Source: a bacterium (GTDB taxonomy: Bacteria; Patescibacteriota; Microgenomatia; UBA1400; UBA12108). Taken from it: DNA of 64,000 bases. Within the stretch, counting starts at the first letter, position 1. Every line of letters starts with the position of its first letter. The position numbers were made by a program, and so were the translations under genes. The stretch covers positions 4,481 through 68,480 of the forward strand of contig JBDRPO010000022.1 in assembly GCA_043827085.1 (NCBI GenBank). Direction: 5' to 3'. Positions 1 to 9,725 of the stretch are shown here, piece after piece. A model generated the notes under the pieces. The model was not told the DNA's origin, did not search any database, and saw nothing but the letters and a program-made list of their open reading frames with translations.

Positions 1-1
1 A

Positions 2-808
<807 letters not shown>

Positions 809-813
809 CAAAT

Positions 814-1764
814 ATGAAAGTATTAATTGCCGGTGGCGCCGGTTTCATAGGTTCTCATCTTTGTGACCGCTTACTTCAAGATGGCCACGAAGTGATCTGT
901 GCTGACAACTTCTCCTCCGGTTCCAAAGATAACATTACTCATCTTTTAGCTAATCCTAAATTTACTCTCATCGAGCAAGATATTTGTACTCCTCTACCTC
1001 CCAAAATCTCCAATTTATCCGCCATTTTTCACTTTGCTTCTCCCGCCTCCCCCAATCCCGACAGCCCCGTCTCCTATATGTCCCATCCCGTCGAAACCTT
1101 GATGGTGAATAGTCTTGGCACCAAAAATATGCTGGACCTAGCTGTCAAAAATAACTGTCAAATTATCTTTGCCTCGACCTCCGAAGTCTACGGTGATCCC
1201 GAGGTTCATCCTCAGCCAGAAACCTATCGTGGTAATGTTTCCCCCAATGGTCCTCGTAGCTGCTACGACGAAGGTAAACGCTTTATGGAGTCCATCGCTT
1301 TCACCTACGCCCGCAAGTTTGCTGCCAAAATTAAAGTTATTCGCATCTTTAATACTTACGGACCCCACATGCGCCTTGACGATGGACGCTTCACCATCAA
1401 TTTAATTGATTCCTATCTTAATCACAAATCCTTCAAAATGTTTGGGGATGGGAGTAGTACTCGCTCATTTTGTTATATTGATGATTTAGTCGAAGGTATC
1501 ATGCTAGTTGCGGGGAGCGATCAAGCCTTGGGAGAAGTAATCAATCTAGGTAACCCGAGCGAAATTGCGCTTATTGATGCCATCAAAGTATTTGAGAGTG
1601 TTATTGGGAGCGAGTTATCCAAGCAAAGAGAGGATTCTCAGCCCGACGATCCTCACCGTCGCTGCCCGGATATTACTAAGGTCAAACAGCTACTCGGTTG
1701 GGAACCCAAAATAGACTTTAGAACTGGGATAAAAAAGACTTTGGAATCTTATCGCCATGAATAA
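814..1764 (+). CDS. NAD-dependent epimerase/dehydratase, UDP-glucuronate decarboxylase (UXS)-like
   Basis: GGAGFIG Rossmann motif, ASPASP, ASTSEVYGDP, GPRSCYDEGKR, RIFNTYGP and DDPxRRCPDI are typical of the UXS subfamily. Confidence 0.85.
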   Translation: MKVLIAGGAGFIGSHLCDRLLQDGHEVICADNFSSGSKDNITHLLANPKFTLIEQDICTPLPPKISNLSAIFHFASPASPNPDSPVSYMSHPVETLMVNSLGTKNMLDLAVKNNCQIIFASTSEVYGDPEVHPQPETYRGNVSPNGPRSCYDEGKRFMESIAFTYARKFAAKIKVIRIFNTYGPHMRLDDGRFTINLIDSYLNHKSFKMFGDGSSTRSFCYIDDLVEGIMLVAGSDQALGEVINLGNPSEIALIDAIKVFESVIGSELSKQREDSQPDDPHRRCPDITKVKQLLGWEPKIDFRTGIKKTLESYRHE

Positions 1765-2920
1765 AGTCGTTATCATTATTCCTACCTATAATGAACGAGG
1801 CAACGTGGCCCCAGTCACGTTGGCACTGTCCAAGGTTTTTAAACAATGTGTGGGCTACGCCATGCACATCTTATTTGTTGACGATAACTCTCCCGACGGC
1901 ACGAGTCGCGAAATTGATAAACTCATCAAGAAGTACCCTTTTGTTCACATCCTCAACAACAAACGCAAAGGTGGACTCGGTCACGCCTACAAGAAAGGCA
2001 TGATCTATGCGCTTGATAAACTAAAAGCCGACATTGTCTTTGAATTCGACGCCGATCTCTCTCATGATCCAGGGAAAATTCCCGCCATGCTCGAGAAAAT
2101 TGCTGGTGGAGCTGATATGGTTTTGGGCTCTCGCTACCAGCGTGGAGGGGGAATTCCCGAAAACTGGCCACTCTACCGCAAATTCCTCTCTGTCGTTGGC
2201 AATCTCTTTATCCGCGTAGTCATGTTTAACTTTTCTCTCCACGACTGGACGACCGGTTACCGCGCCATCCGCGCCACACTTGTGCAAGCGATTATTCCTT
2301 CTATGCATAACTCCGCTTTTCATGGTTACACCTGGCAAATAGGTTTTCTCGTGCAAACTATCCAGAAAGGGTATAAAGTAGCCGAAGTGCCGTTTTATTT
2401 CAAAGATCGTACCTTGGGCCGCTCGAAACTAGGTCCAGAATTTATTATTAATACCATGAGGTATATTATGAAAGTTCGTCTAACCGAAATATTCCACTCT
2501 CGTATTATTAAATTTATTCTAGTTGGTGGTTTCGGCTCGGTAATTCAATTCACTTTCCTTTATCTCTATAGGATGTTTATTCCCGCCTACCAACTCGCCA
2601 TCTTTCTCTCGATCGAAACCGCTGTAATCTCCAACTTTACCTGGAGTAACCTCTGGACCTTTGCTGACCGTAAACTCAAAACTAGCCAAATTCCGGGTAA
2701 ATTTATCCAGTTTAACTTAGCTTCTGCCGGCTCCATCATCATTCAGCAAGTCGTGGCTTTCCTCGGCGAGAGATTTATTGGACTCTACCCTCTCTTTACC
2801 GTCCCTGTTGTACATCTCGGTGTTGATACTGGCGTGATGTTTGCGGTCATCGGCATCGCGATCGGAATGTTTTGGAACTTCTTTGCCTACTCCCGCCTCG
2901 TATGGCGCAAATCTACTTAA
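1757..2920 (+). CDS. DPM1-like polyprenol-phosphate glycosyltransferase (GT2) fused to a C-terminal GtrA-like membrane domain
   Basis: IPTYNE, VDDNSPDGT, GLGxAY, DADLSHDP, GSRY, DxTTGYRA and RxxGxSK. The C-terminal region has about 4 TM segments with KFILVG, SNFTWSNLWTF and WNF. Confidence 0.88.
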   Translation: MNKVVIIIPTYNERGNVAPVTLALSKVFKQCVGYAMHILFVDDNSPDGTSREIDKLIKKYPFVHILNNKRKGGLGHAYKKGMIYALDKLKADIVFEFDADLSHDPGKIPAMLEKIAGGADMVLGSRYQRGGGIPENWPLYRKFLSVVGNLFIRVVMFNFSLHDWTTGYRAIRATLVQAIIPSMHNSAFHGYTWQIGFLVQTIQKGYKVAEVPFYFKDRTLGRSKLGPEFIINTMRYIMKVRLTEIFHSRIIKFILVGGFGSVIQFTFLYLYRMFIPAYQLAIFLSIETAVISNFTWSNLWTFADRKLKTSQIPGKFIQFNLASAGSIIIQQVVAFLGERFIGLYPLFTVPVVHLGVDTGVMFAVIGIAIGMFWNFFAYSRLVWRKST

Positions 2921-4019
2921 ACACTCCCCAGTCACTAATAGGTTGAATATTCTTGAGAATAAATTGCCACCCAAGTAAATAAATCGGGATAATCAGCACG
3001 GCCATTACCCACCATGCCTTTTTTGGTACTTTCGGTAGGCGTGGCGCATAACCCAAAAGCGCCATGGGTGCAATCGGCAAGGCGTACCTCCCCAAATCCC
3101 GGTGAGCCACGAAAAGTAATATCGCGCCGTATATCCATCCATACGCCTTGACTGTTTTGTCCTTCACCATGGCTAGGCCTAATCCATAAAACACGTAGAG
3201 ATAAATGATGTCTTCCCTCCACATATCACTAATCCAACTCTGCATATTAGAAAATATCTGAAAAGGCGGGAAAAACAGATGCAAGTTATCTCCCGAATGA
3301 AAGTATGCTAAAAGATCTTGGTATCTGAAGCCGTAAAACACAAACAACCCCACCAGTGTTAAGGGCATAATTAAGTAAGGGATAAAATGCTTAGGTTTAT
3401 GCCACATTGCCAAAATATAGCCCGCAAATAATATTATGCCTGGACTCCTGGTTAGTACTGCTAACGCTCCGGCAATTGCACTTGGCCAATACTTTTCTTT
3501 GATTGCCCAAGTTAACGAAACTAGGACAAAAGTCATAAACAAAGGTTCATTACTTCCAACTCCGCGCACCGACAGCATTCGCGCAGGAAAAAATAAGGCA
3601 ATCACGCTCATAATTAACGCCAATCGCCTATTTTTGAGCGTAGTCTCAAAAAACCAATATAGCCCGATAGCCAGTAGGACATTTGTCACAATAACTGCAG
3701 CAAGTAGTGCGTGGGGTGGCGGCAAGGCCAAACTAAAAAACTTGACGATGCCCGCAAAGAGTGGGAAGTGAGCCGCAAAATATATCGGATCATTGCCAGT
3801 CAGAAACTGGGCATTAATCTGCTCAATTACCTGTGGATTATACCAACTTTTTGCCACTACCAGAAAATTAAGGCCGTCAAAATTCTGAACAATCGTTTCC
3901 ATCCCACGTCCCCTGAAATCAATCCCCCCAAAACTACCCGTCTTCAGTATAAATGGAGTCCAAAACACAACCAGTGACATCAAACTCGCGATTCCCACAA
4001 GTAGCAAGTTTTTTCTCAT
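2913..4019 (-). CDS. GT-C membrane glycosyltransferase, PIG-V/Mannosyl_trans2-like
   Basis: Polytopic, with NFDG after TM1, AHFPLF, SNEPLF, TRSPG and RY motifs. Paralog of 35643..36737. Confidence 0.7.
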   Translation of the reverse strand: MRKNLLLVGIASLMSLVVFWTPFILKTGSFGGIDFRGRGMETIVQNFDGLNFLVVAKSWYNPQVIEQINAQFLTGNDPIYFAAHFPLFAGIVKFFSLALPPPHALLAAVIVTNVLLAIGLYWFFETTLKNRRLALIMSVIALFFPARMLSVRGVGSNEPLFMTFVLVSLTWAIKEKYWPSAIAGALAVLTRSPGIILFAGYILAMWHKPKHFIPYLIMPLTLVGLFVFYGFRYQDLLAYFHSGDNLHLFFPPFQIFSNMQSWISDMWREDIIYLYVFYGLGLAMVKDKTVKAYGWIYGAILLFVAHRDLGRYALPIAPMALLGYAPRLPKVPKKAWWVMAVLIIPIYLLGWQFILKNIQPISDWGVFK

Positions 4020-4024
4020 ACCTA

Positions 4025-4031
4025 TATACTA
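4025..4031. promoter_or_regulatory. Overlapping divergent -10 boxes
   Basis: On + strand, TATACT (4025-4030) lies 7 nt before ATG 4038. On - strand, TAGTAT (4031-4026) lies 6 nt before ATG 4019. The intergenic gap is only 18 bp. Confidence 0.55.
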
Positions 4032-4037
4032 CATGCA

Positions 4038-4742
4038 ATGAGCGTAAAACTCACTAGCTTATCGATCTTCATGCCAGCTTTCAACGAAGAGGGGAATATC
4101 ACCGCGACTTTGATTGACGCTGGTAAAGCCGCCAAAAGGATCACAAACGACTATGAAATTATCGTGGTTAATGACGGTAGTCGTGACAAAACTGCCGAAA
4201 TCGTCCAAGAACTAGCCAAGCTTGATCCTCATCTACGCCTGATCAACCACACAAGTAACAGGGGGTACGGTGGAGCCGTCAAAACTGGCATGTCTGCCTG
4301 CCGCAAAGACTGGATCTTTTTTACCGACTCTGACGGTCAATTTCACTACGACGAGCTCATTAAATTTGTTGAAGTCAGCGGGTCATTCGATCTCGTCATG
4401 GGCTATCGCAAAAAACGCATGGATCCTTTTCACCGCGTCTTTGTCGCTCAAGTCCTCCTAAAAGTCTGGAATTTTGCCTTGTTTGGTTTGACCGTTCGCG
4501 ACGTCGATTGTGCCTATAAATTATTTAGGCGGGAGGTGAGGGACGCTATCAAACTAAAAACCGAGAGCGCCATCACCGTCTCCGAATTCATTATTAAATC
4601 CTATGCTCTCGGCTTTAGGATCAAACAAATGCCGGTGTCTCACTACGCTCGTCGCTTTGGAGAGCAGACCGGCGGCAATTGGCGCGTGATCGCCAGAGCA
4701 GCCAGGGAAAGCTTCCGACTCTGCAAAGAACTGCATCCATGA
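4038..4742 (+). CDS. GT2 DPM/DPG-synthase-like glycosyltransferase
   Basis: MPAFNEE, VNDGSRDKT, NRGYGGA, TDSDGQF, DVDCAYKL and RxxGEQ. Confidence 0.85.
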   Translation: MSVKLTSLSIFMPAFNEEGNITATLIDAGKAAKRITNDYEIIVVNDGSRDKTAEIVQELAKLDPHLRLINHTSNRGYGGAVKTGMSACRKDWIFFTDSDGQFHYDELIKFVEVSGSFDLVMGYRKKRMDPFHRVFVAQVLLKVWNFALFGLTVRDVDCAYKLFRREVRDAIKLKTESAITVSEFIIKSYALGFRIKQMPVSHYARRFGEQTGGNWRVIARAARESFRLCKELHP

Positions 4743-6256
4743 ACTACCTAAAACGCAATTGGCTCATTATTCTCATCCTTATCCTGGCTACATTTACTCG
4801 TCTCTACCGCCTTCCCGCGACCATTACTTTTCTCGAAGACGAAGGACGCGATTTACTCATCGCGCACCGGATGATCGACACCCACAGACCTGTCCTCCTT
4901 GGTCCGCAAACTTCCACGGGCAACATGTATTTAGGCCCCCTCTATTATTATCTGATTACCCCTTGGCTCTTCGCTTTTCAGGGCAGCCCGATTGGTCCCG
5001 TCATCTTCATTGCTTTGACAGGGATATTGACAGTTTATTTGCTTTACCGCTTTGGTTTGCGCTGGTTTAGTCCGCGAGTTGGTTATCTAGCGGCTTTGCT
5101 TTATGCCCTCATGCCTCTCCCTGTCCAGTTTAGTCGCAACTCCTGGAATCCCAATCTAGTCCCGCTTATTTCGCTCCTCCTAGTTTGGACTACCCTTCAC
5201 TTAAGTTCTCATCCCCGCGTGCGCCGCCTAACCTACTTTGCGGGTCTTGGTGCCTTAGTCGGGATCTTGGTCCAGCTTCACTACATGGCGCTGATCTTCG
5301 TCGCTGCCCTCGGATTACTCAATCTCTTTTTATGGCGCAAGCAACTGAAAAGTTTCACCCTGGGTGTTCTTGTCTCCCTAGTGGCTTTCGCTGCCGTTCT
5401 TTCTCCCTTTATTGTTTTCGAGATCAGGAATAATTTTGTTAATACCAAAGCCATTACCAGTTTTATCAAAGCCGATCGTGAGAAAAATATCCGCTACTCA
5501 TTACCGTTCTGGCTCTGGGAGGGCAAAGTTGCCGCAACCGGCACTAAATTATTGGGCAGTCAATTAGGCCGTGGAGCCTTGAGTCCCGATGTCCTTAGTC
5601 CCGCCATTACCGTGATCGCCCTCACTCTTATTATCTTTGGTCTTTGGTCTACACCCATCTATCGTATGATCGCCTTTCTTTTTATCTTGCCGCTTTTAAC
5701 GCTAGGCATCTATCAAGAATCAATTCATCTTCACTACATCGGTTTCTTTTTTCCGCTTACATATTTACTTATTGCCTCACTGATAGATCGGGGCAAATTA
5801 CTTAGCCGTTTAGCTATCCTATTCGTCATTTATACTTTGATCTACTCCATCCCTTCCACTCTGAGCTACATTAGCTCTGGTCCCACTAACCAAGTTATCC
5901 GGGCGAGCGAAGTTTCACAGTACATTGTCAAGGAATCCGCAGGACGTCCTTATAACATGGTGAGTTCCGGGAAAACTCATACCACTCCGTACCTCTACTT
6001 TTCTGCCATCTCACCCTTACCTCCGGTAAATACTCACGCCCCCCTTCTCTTTTTAATCTGTCAAGACAATCCCTGTTCTGACGAGGATATTAACTCTCCA
6101 CTTCTCTATATCACGGGTCCCGCCCATCCTACTCTAGTCAACTATCTTGGTCATCCGCTCTACAACTACTATGATCAACCAAGAACGCTCATTAAAATGG
6201 AGCACGTCTCTCACGGGGTTTGGGTCGCTGAAATAAATGTTAAACTAGTACCATGA
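4739..6256 (+). CDS. GT-C (ArnT/PMT_2-like) membrane glycosyltransferase
   Basis: Start re-assigned to ATG 4739, an ATGA overlap with the upstream stop. Motifs FLEDEGRD, LLGP, LGPLYYY, SRNSWNPN, QLHY. Paralog of the genes at 23789 and 25197. Confidence 0.75.
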   Translation: MNYLKRNWLIILILILATFTRLYRLPATITFLEDEGRDLLIAHRMIDTHRPVLLGPQTSTGNMYLGPLYYYLITPWLFAFQGSPIGPVIFIALTGILTVYLLYRFGLRWFSPRVGYLAALLYALMPLPVQFSRNSWNPNLVPLISLLLVWTTLHLSSHPRVRRLTYFAGLGALVGILVQLHYMALIFVAALGLLNLFLWRKQLKSFTLGVLVSLVAFAAVLSPFIVFEIRNNFVNTKAITSFIKADREKNIRYSLPFWLWEGKVAATGTKLLGSQLGRGALSPDVLSPAITVIALTLIIFGLWSTPIYRMIAFLFILPLLTLGIYQESIHLHYIGFFFPLTYLLIASLIDRGKLLSRLAILFVIYTLIYSIPSTLSYISSGPTNQVIRASEVSQYIVKESAGRPYNMVSSGKTHTTPYLYFSAISPLPPVNTHAPLLFLICQDNPCSDEDINSPLLYITGPAHPTLVNYLGHPLYNYYDQPRTLIKMEHVSHGVWVAEINVKLVP

Positions 6257-7005
6257 AACCACTCGTTTCTGTCATCTTGCCCAATTATAACGAACTCGAA
6301 AACCTCAAGCGGGGAGTTCTTAACGATATTGCCAATTATTTAGACACTCAATCATATGGCTGGGAAGTTATTATCTCTGACGATGGCTCAACCGACGATA
6401 GTACTGCTTATATCGACAATTTTGTTGCTGAACATCCCAATTTTAGACTATTAAAGAACACTCACGCCGGCAAGCCATACGCACTCAAAAGTGCGATCAA
6501 AATTGCGCAAGGGGATTATGTTCTTTTCACCGACATGGATCAGTCCACTCCGATCGACCAGCTTGATAAACTATTGCCCTATACCAAGGATGGGTTTCGC
6601 GTTGTGATCGGCTCTCGCGGCATCCGCCGACGTGATTCTAGTCTGATCCGTCAGCTCGCCTCAGTCATTTTCCTCTTGGCACGCAAAATATTCCTTCTGC
6701 GAAGCATCAAAGATACCCAGTGTGGTTTTAAACTTCTTGAGACTGCTCTAGCCAAAAAGATTTTCACCCGCATGCGGCTTTTTGGTAGAGCTCACAAGAC
6801 CGTCGGTTGGAAAGTCACCGCCTATGATGTTGAGTTGCTCTTTCTCGCCGAAAAGCTCGGAGAAGAAATCCAAGAGGTAAGAGTAGTTTGGCGTGACGAA
6901 GACACAAGTTCCGATAAAAAGCGAAATTTTATCAAAGAAAGTATCGAAATGTTTGTCGAAATTCTCCGTGTCAGTGTCAATGATATGTTGGGTAAATACA
7001 ACTAG
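6253..7005 (+). CDS. GT2 dolichyl/polyprenyl-phosphate glucosyltransferase-like (ALG5-like)
   Basis: PNYNE, DDGSTD, GKxxA, FTDMDQSTP, IGSR, DTQCGFK and DVELL. Confidence 0.85.
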   Translation: MKPLVSVILPNYNELENLKRGVLNDIANYLDTQSYGWEVIISDDGSTDDSTAYIDNFVAEHPNFRLLKNTHAGKPYALKSAIKIAQGDYVLFTDMDQSTPIDQLDKLLPYTKDGFRVVIGSRGIRRRDSSLIRQLASVIFLLARKIFLLRSIKDTQCGFKLLETALAKKIFTRMRLFGRAHKTVGWKVTAYDVELLFLAEKLGEEIQEVRVVWRDEDTSSDKKRNFIKESIEMFVEILRVSVNDMLGKYN

Positions 7006-7080
7006 TGCTCGGATCCCTACAAGGTCCGACCTTGAAGGATGAGCCCAACCCGAGCAAAGCGAGGGAAGGTCGGACCTCAA
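7006..7080. repeat. REP-like intergenic element with nested hairpins
   Basis: CAAGGTC-C-GACCTTG palindrome at 7020-7034, and an inverted second copy AAGGTCGGACCT at 7066-7077 (reverse complement of 7022-7033). Outer arms are TGCTCGG 7006-7012 and CCGAGCA 7050-7056. Confidence 0.6.
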
Positions 7081-7084
7081 TATA

Positions 7085-8224
7085 ATGTTAAATATCCTCT
7101 GGCTTATATTATCCATAGCTCTTTTTGTTTACAGTTACGGCTTTGTTGACTTTAATCTCACCCTCTCTTCTCACTATTTGGTGACTAGTTTTGTCTCTTG
7201 GTCTCAAGGCCTAGCTATGTTTCACCGCTCGACCTCCCTCTACGTTTATCTCGGCTTAATGGGAATGCTGTATTTGTGTTACTTTATCACGATATCAAAA
7301 TGGCGCCACTTTACCGCTTTCCCCTGGAAAATCATCGCTCTTGTTGCTCTTTTTTTTGCTCTTTCCTATCCCTTTCTATCCTCCGATGTTTTCAAATATC
7401 TCTTCAGTGCCAAAGAACTTTTGGTCTATCATGCTAATCCTCACGTCGTTGCTCCCCAAGTTTTTGCCGGAGATACCTGGCTTCGTTTTATGCGCTGGAT
7501 TCACACCCCGAGCCCCTACGGTCCAGTCATGACCGGGCTCGCGATTCCCTATTATCTCTTGGGTTTTGGCAAGTTTGTTCCCTCACTTTACTTATTTAAA
7601 CTCGATCAAATTTTTTGGTACGGTTTGTCTATTTGGGTAATTGGTAAATTAGCAGGTAAGCGGGCGGTTATGGCCCAACTCTTTTTTGCGCTCAATCCCC
7701 TGATTCTTATCGAGTGGCTCGTTAATTCCCACAACGATGCCCCCATGATCTCGCTTTTGTTGTTTTCCCTCTACCTGCTTACCCTCACTCGGAGATTACC
7801 CGCACTCATTTCTCTCTTATTTTCCATTGGCATTAAATACGTGACTATCATCTTCCTTCCAATTATCTTAATTTCAAAGAAATATACAATTAACCTAACA
7901 TCTATTATCTATTATCTAATATCTGTATTGGCGCTCGCGCCCATACTTTATCATTATCAAATCCAGTATCAACCGTGGTACGTTACCTGGCTTGTGCCTT
8001 TTGCTGCTCTCTCTGGTTCAATTCCTCTGATGGGGATGACCGCTGCCTACAGTTTCGGTGCCATTCTCCGCTACATCCCCTTCATCCAGTTGGGGCTCTG
8101 GCAGGGGAGTGGTCGCTATTTTGCTCTCCTTACCTTCACCCCCATGGTTCTCTCTGCTCTCTACTTCCTTCTTCTCCGTTTTTTCCGCCAATATCACTCC
8201 CCAGAAACCAAAAACCAGTTATAA
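7085..8224 (+). CDS. Polyprenol-phosphomannose-dependent mannosyltransferase, MptA/MptB-like (GT-C)
   Basis: Polytopic, with LSSDVFKY, NP, SPYGP, LNPL, SHND, IK and QPWY motifs. Confidence 0.75.
   Translation: MLNILWLILSIALFVYSYGFVDFNLTLSSHYLVTSFVSWSQGLAMFHRSTSLYVYLGLMGMLYLCYFITISKWRHFTAFPWKIIALVALFFALSYPFLSSDVFKYLFSAKELLVYHANPHVVAPQVFAGDTWLRFMRWIHTPSPYGPVMTGLAIPYYLLGFGKFVPSLYLFKLDQIFWYGLSIWVIGKLAGKRAVMAQLFFALNPLILIEWLVNSHNDAPMISLLLFSLYLLTLTRRLPALISLLFSIGIKYVTIIFLPIILISKKYTINLTSIIYYLISVLALAPILYHYQIQYQPWYVTWLVPFAALSGSIPLMGMTAAYSFGAILRYIPFIQLGLWQGSGRYFALLTFTPMVLSALYFLLLRFFRQYHSPETKNQL
7893..7924. repeat. Degenerate heptamer repeat inside CDS
   Basis: acctaac-atctatt-atctatt-atctaat-atct. Confidence 0.65.
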
Positions 8225-8231
8225 TGAAGTC

Positions 8232-9725
8232 ATGCAGTGGTTCCCAAAAATAAAGAAACTCGAGTGGTTAGTTATTCTTTCTCTGGTTATTGTCTATTTC
8301 GCCTTCACTCTAACTAATTTGACCAAACTCCCCATTTTCGTCGATGAAGCACTCTACTTACGTTGGGCTCAGATCGCCTGGCACGACGCGTCTTGGCGTT
8401 TTATTAGCTTAACCGACGGCAAGCAGCCCCTTTACGTCTGGTTCGTCATTCCTTTTATGAAGATGATCTCCGATCCACTCTCCGCCGGGCGCACCGCTTC
8501 CGTCGTTTGTGGTCTCTCCACCTTTCTGGGTATGGGATACCTAGGTTGGCTGATCAAAGACAAAAAAACCGCACTTATCGCCATGATTCTTGCCATGTTT
8601 TCACCCTATCTCTTCTTTTATTATCGCTTCGGCGTCATGGAATCCATGCTAGTATCTGGCTCTATTTGGGTATGCAGCTTTTCAATACTCCTTGCCCGCT
8701 CGCGCCGCCTTGACGTCGCCATGATTCTCGGCATGATTGCGGGCGCGACCATGTTGACTAAGTCATCTGGTACTTTCTTTTTGCTCCTCATACCTTTTGC
8801 CTACCTCCTCGTAGTTGACTTCAAGCAATTCTTTTCCTCTATAACTTTTAACTACAGTATCTTAGTGCTAGTCTCATGGCTACTTGCCACCGTGATCTAT
8901 AACGTGCAGCGTCTTTCTCCCTGGATGCACATGATTGCAGAAAAAAACGCTTTCTTTATCGTCCCGTACAACGAAATCTTTAATGAACTCGGTCGCATCT
9001 TCAATAATTTTCACGATGTCTGGCGCTGGCAAATTGCCTACACAACACTCCCCATCCTCTTATTGGCCCTATTCGGCTTTTATCTCGTTATTCGCCGAAA
9101 TTGGCGACTAGGCATATTCCTTTCCGCTTGGCTCTTTGGCCCCATGCTTGGTACCGTACTCCTAGCTAAACTCTTTGCCCCTCGCTATATTATCTTTGTC
9201 ACTCCCTTTATCCTCTTATTTGCTGCTTATGCGCTCGCTTCTATCAAATCTTACTCACTCCGCTTTTGGACAAGCATGCTCGTAATTCTTCTCCCCATTA
9301 TCCTGATTGGGAAACTAATTAGTAATCCCATTACTTTCCCATATGTCTCGGTAGACGAAGGGTATGTTAACGGTTGGTCAGCCGGGGAGGGGACTAAACA
9401 AATTGCCGACTGGGCGGTGGCCCGGATTCATACCATTGGGAAACCCATCACTATTTTTACCGAAGGCACCTTTGGTATTTTGCCTCACGGCCTTGAGCTC
9501 TATGCTGACGGACGAGTAACTGGTTTGACCATCAGGGGGTTATATCCCATTAACTCGATTCCACCGCGAGAAGCACTAGAATCTGTCAAAGATAATCTCG
9601 AAACCTATCTAATTCTCAACAACACTCAAACCTACGGTCCTCAAAATGGTCTCGAACTCGTGAGTGAATATGCCAAGCGTGATCCAAAATACACAATGCG
9701 TCTTTATCGCATTATGCCCAAGTGA
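8232..9725 (+). CDS. GT-C (ArnT/PMT_2-like) membrane glycosyltransferase
   Basis: Start re-assigned to ATG 8232, with TATAAT 6 nt upstream; the track start 8058 lies deep in the upstream gene. Motifs FVDEALY, DGKQPL, GR, SPY, R..ES, TK, PRY. Confidence 0.78.
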   Translation: MQWFPKIKKLEWLVILSLVIVYFAFTLTNLTKLPIFVDEALYLRWAQIAWHDASWRFISLTDGKQPLYVWFVIPFMKMISDPLSAGRTASVVCGLSTFLGMGYLGWLIKDKKTALIAMILAMFSPYLFFYYRFGVMESMLVSGSIWVCSFSILLARSRRLDVAMILGMIAGATMLTKSSGTFFLLLIPFAYLLVVDFKQFFSSITFNYSILVLVSWLLATVIYNVQRLSPWMHMIAEKNAFFIVPYNEIFNELGRIFNNFHDVWRWQIAYTTLPILLLALFGFYLVIRRNWRLGIFLSAWLFGPMLGTVLLAKLFAPRYIIFVTPFILLFAAYALASIKSYSLRFWTSMLVILLPIILIGKLISNPITFPYVSVDEGYVNGWSAGEGTKQIADWAVARIHTIGKPITIFTEGTFGILPHGLELYADGRVTGLTIRGLYPINSIPPREALESVKDNLETYLILNNTQTYGPQNGLELVSEYAKRDPKYTMRLYRIMPK

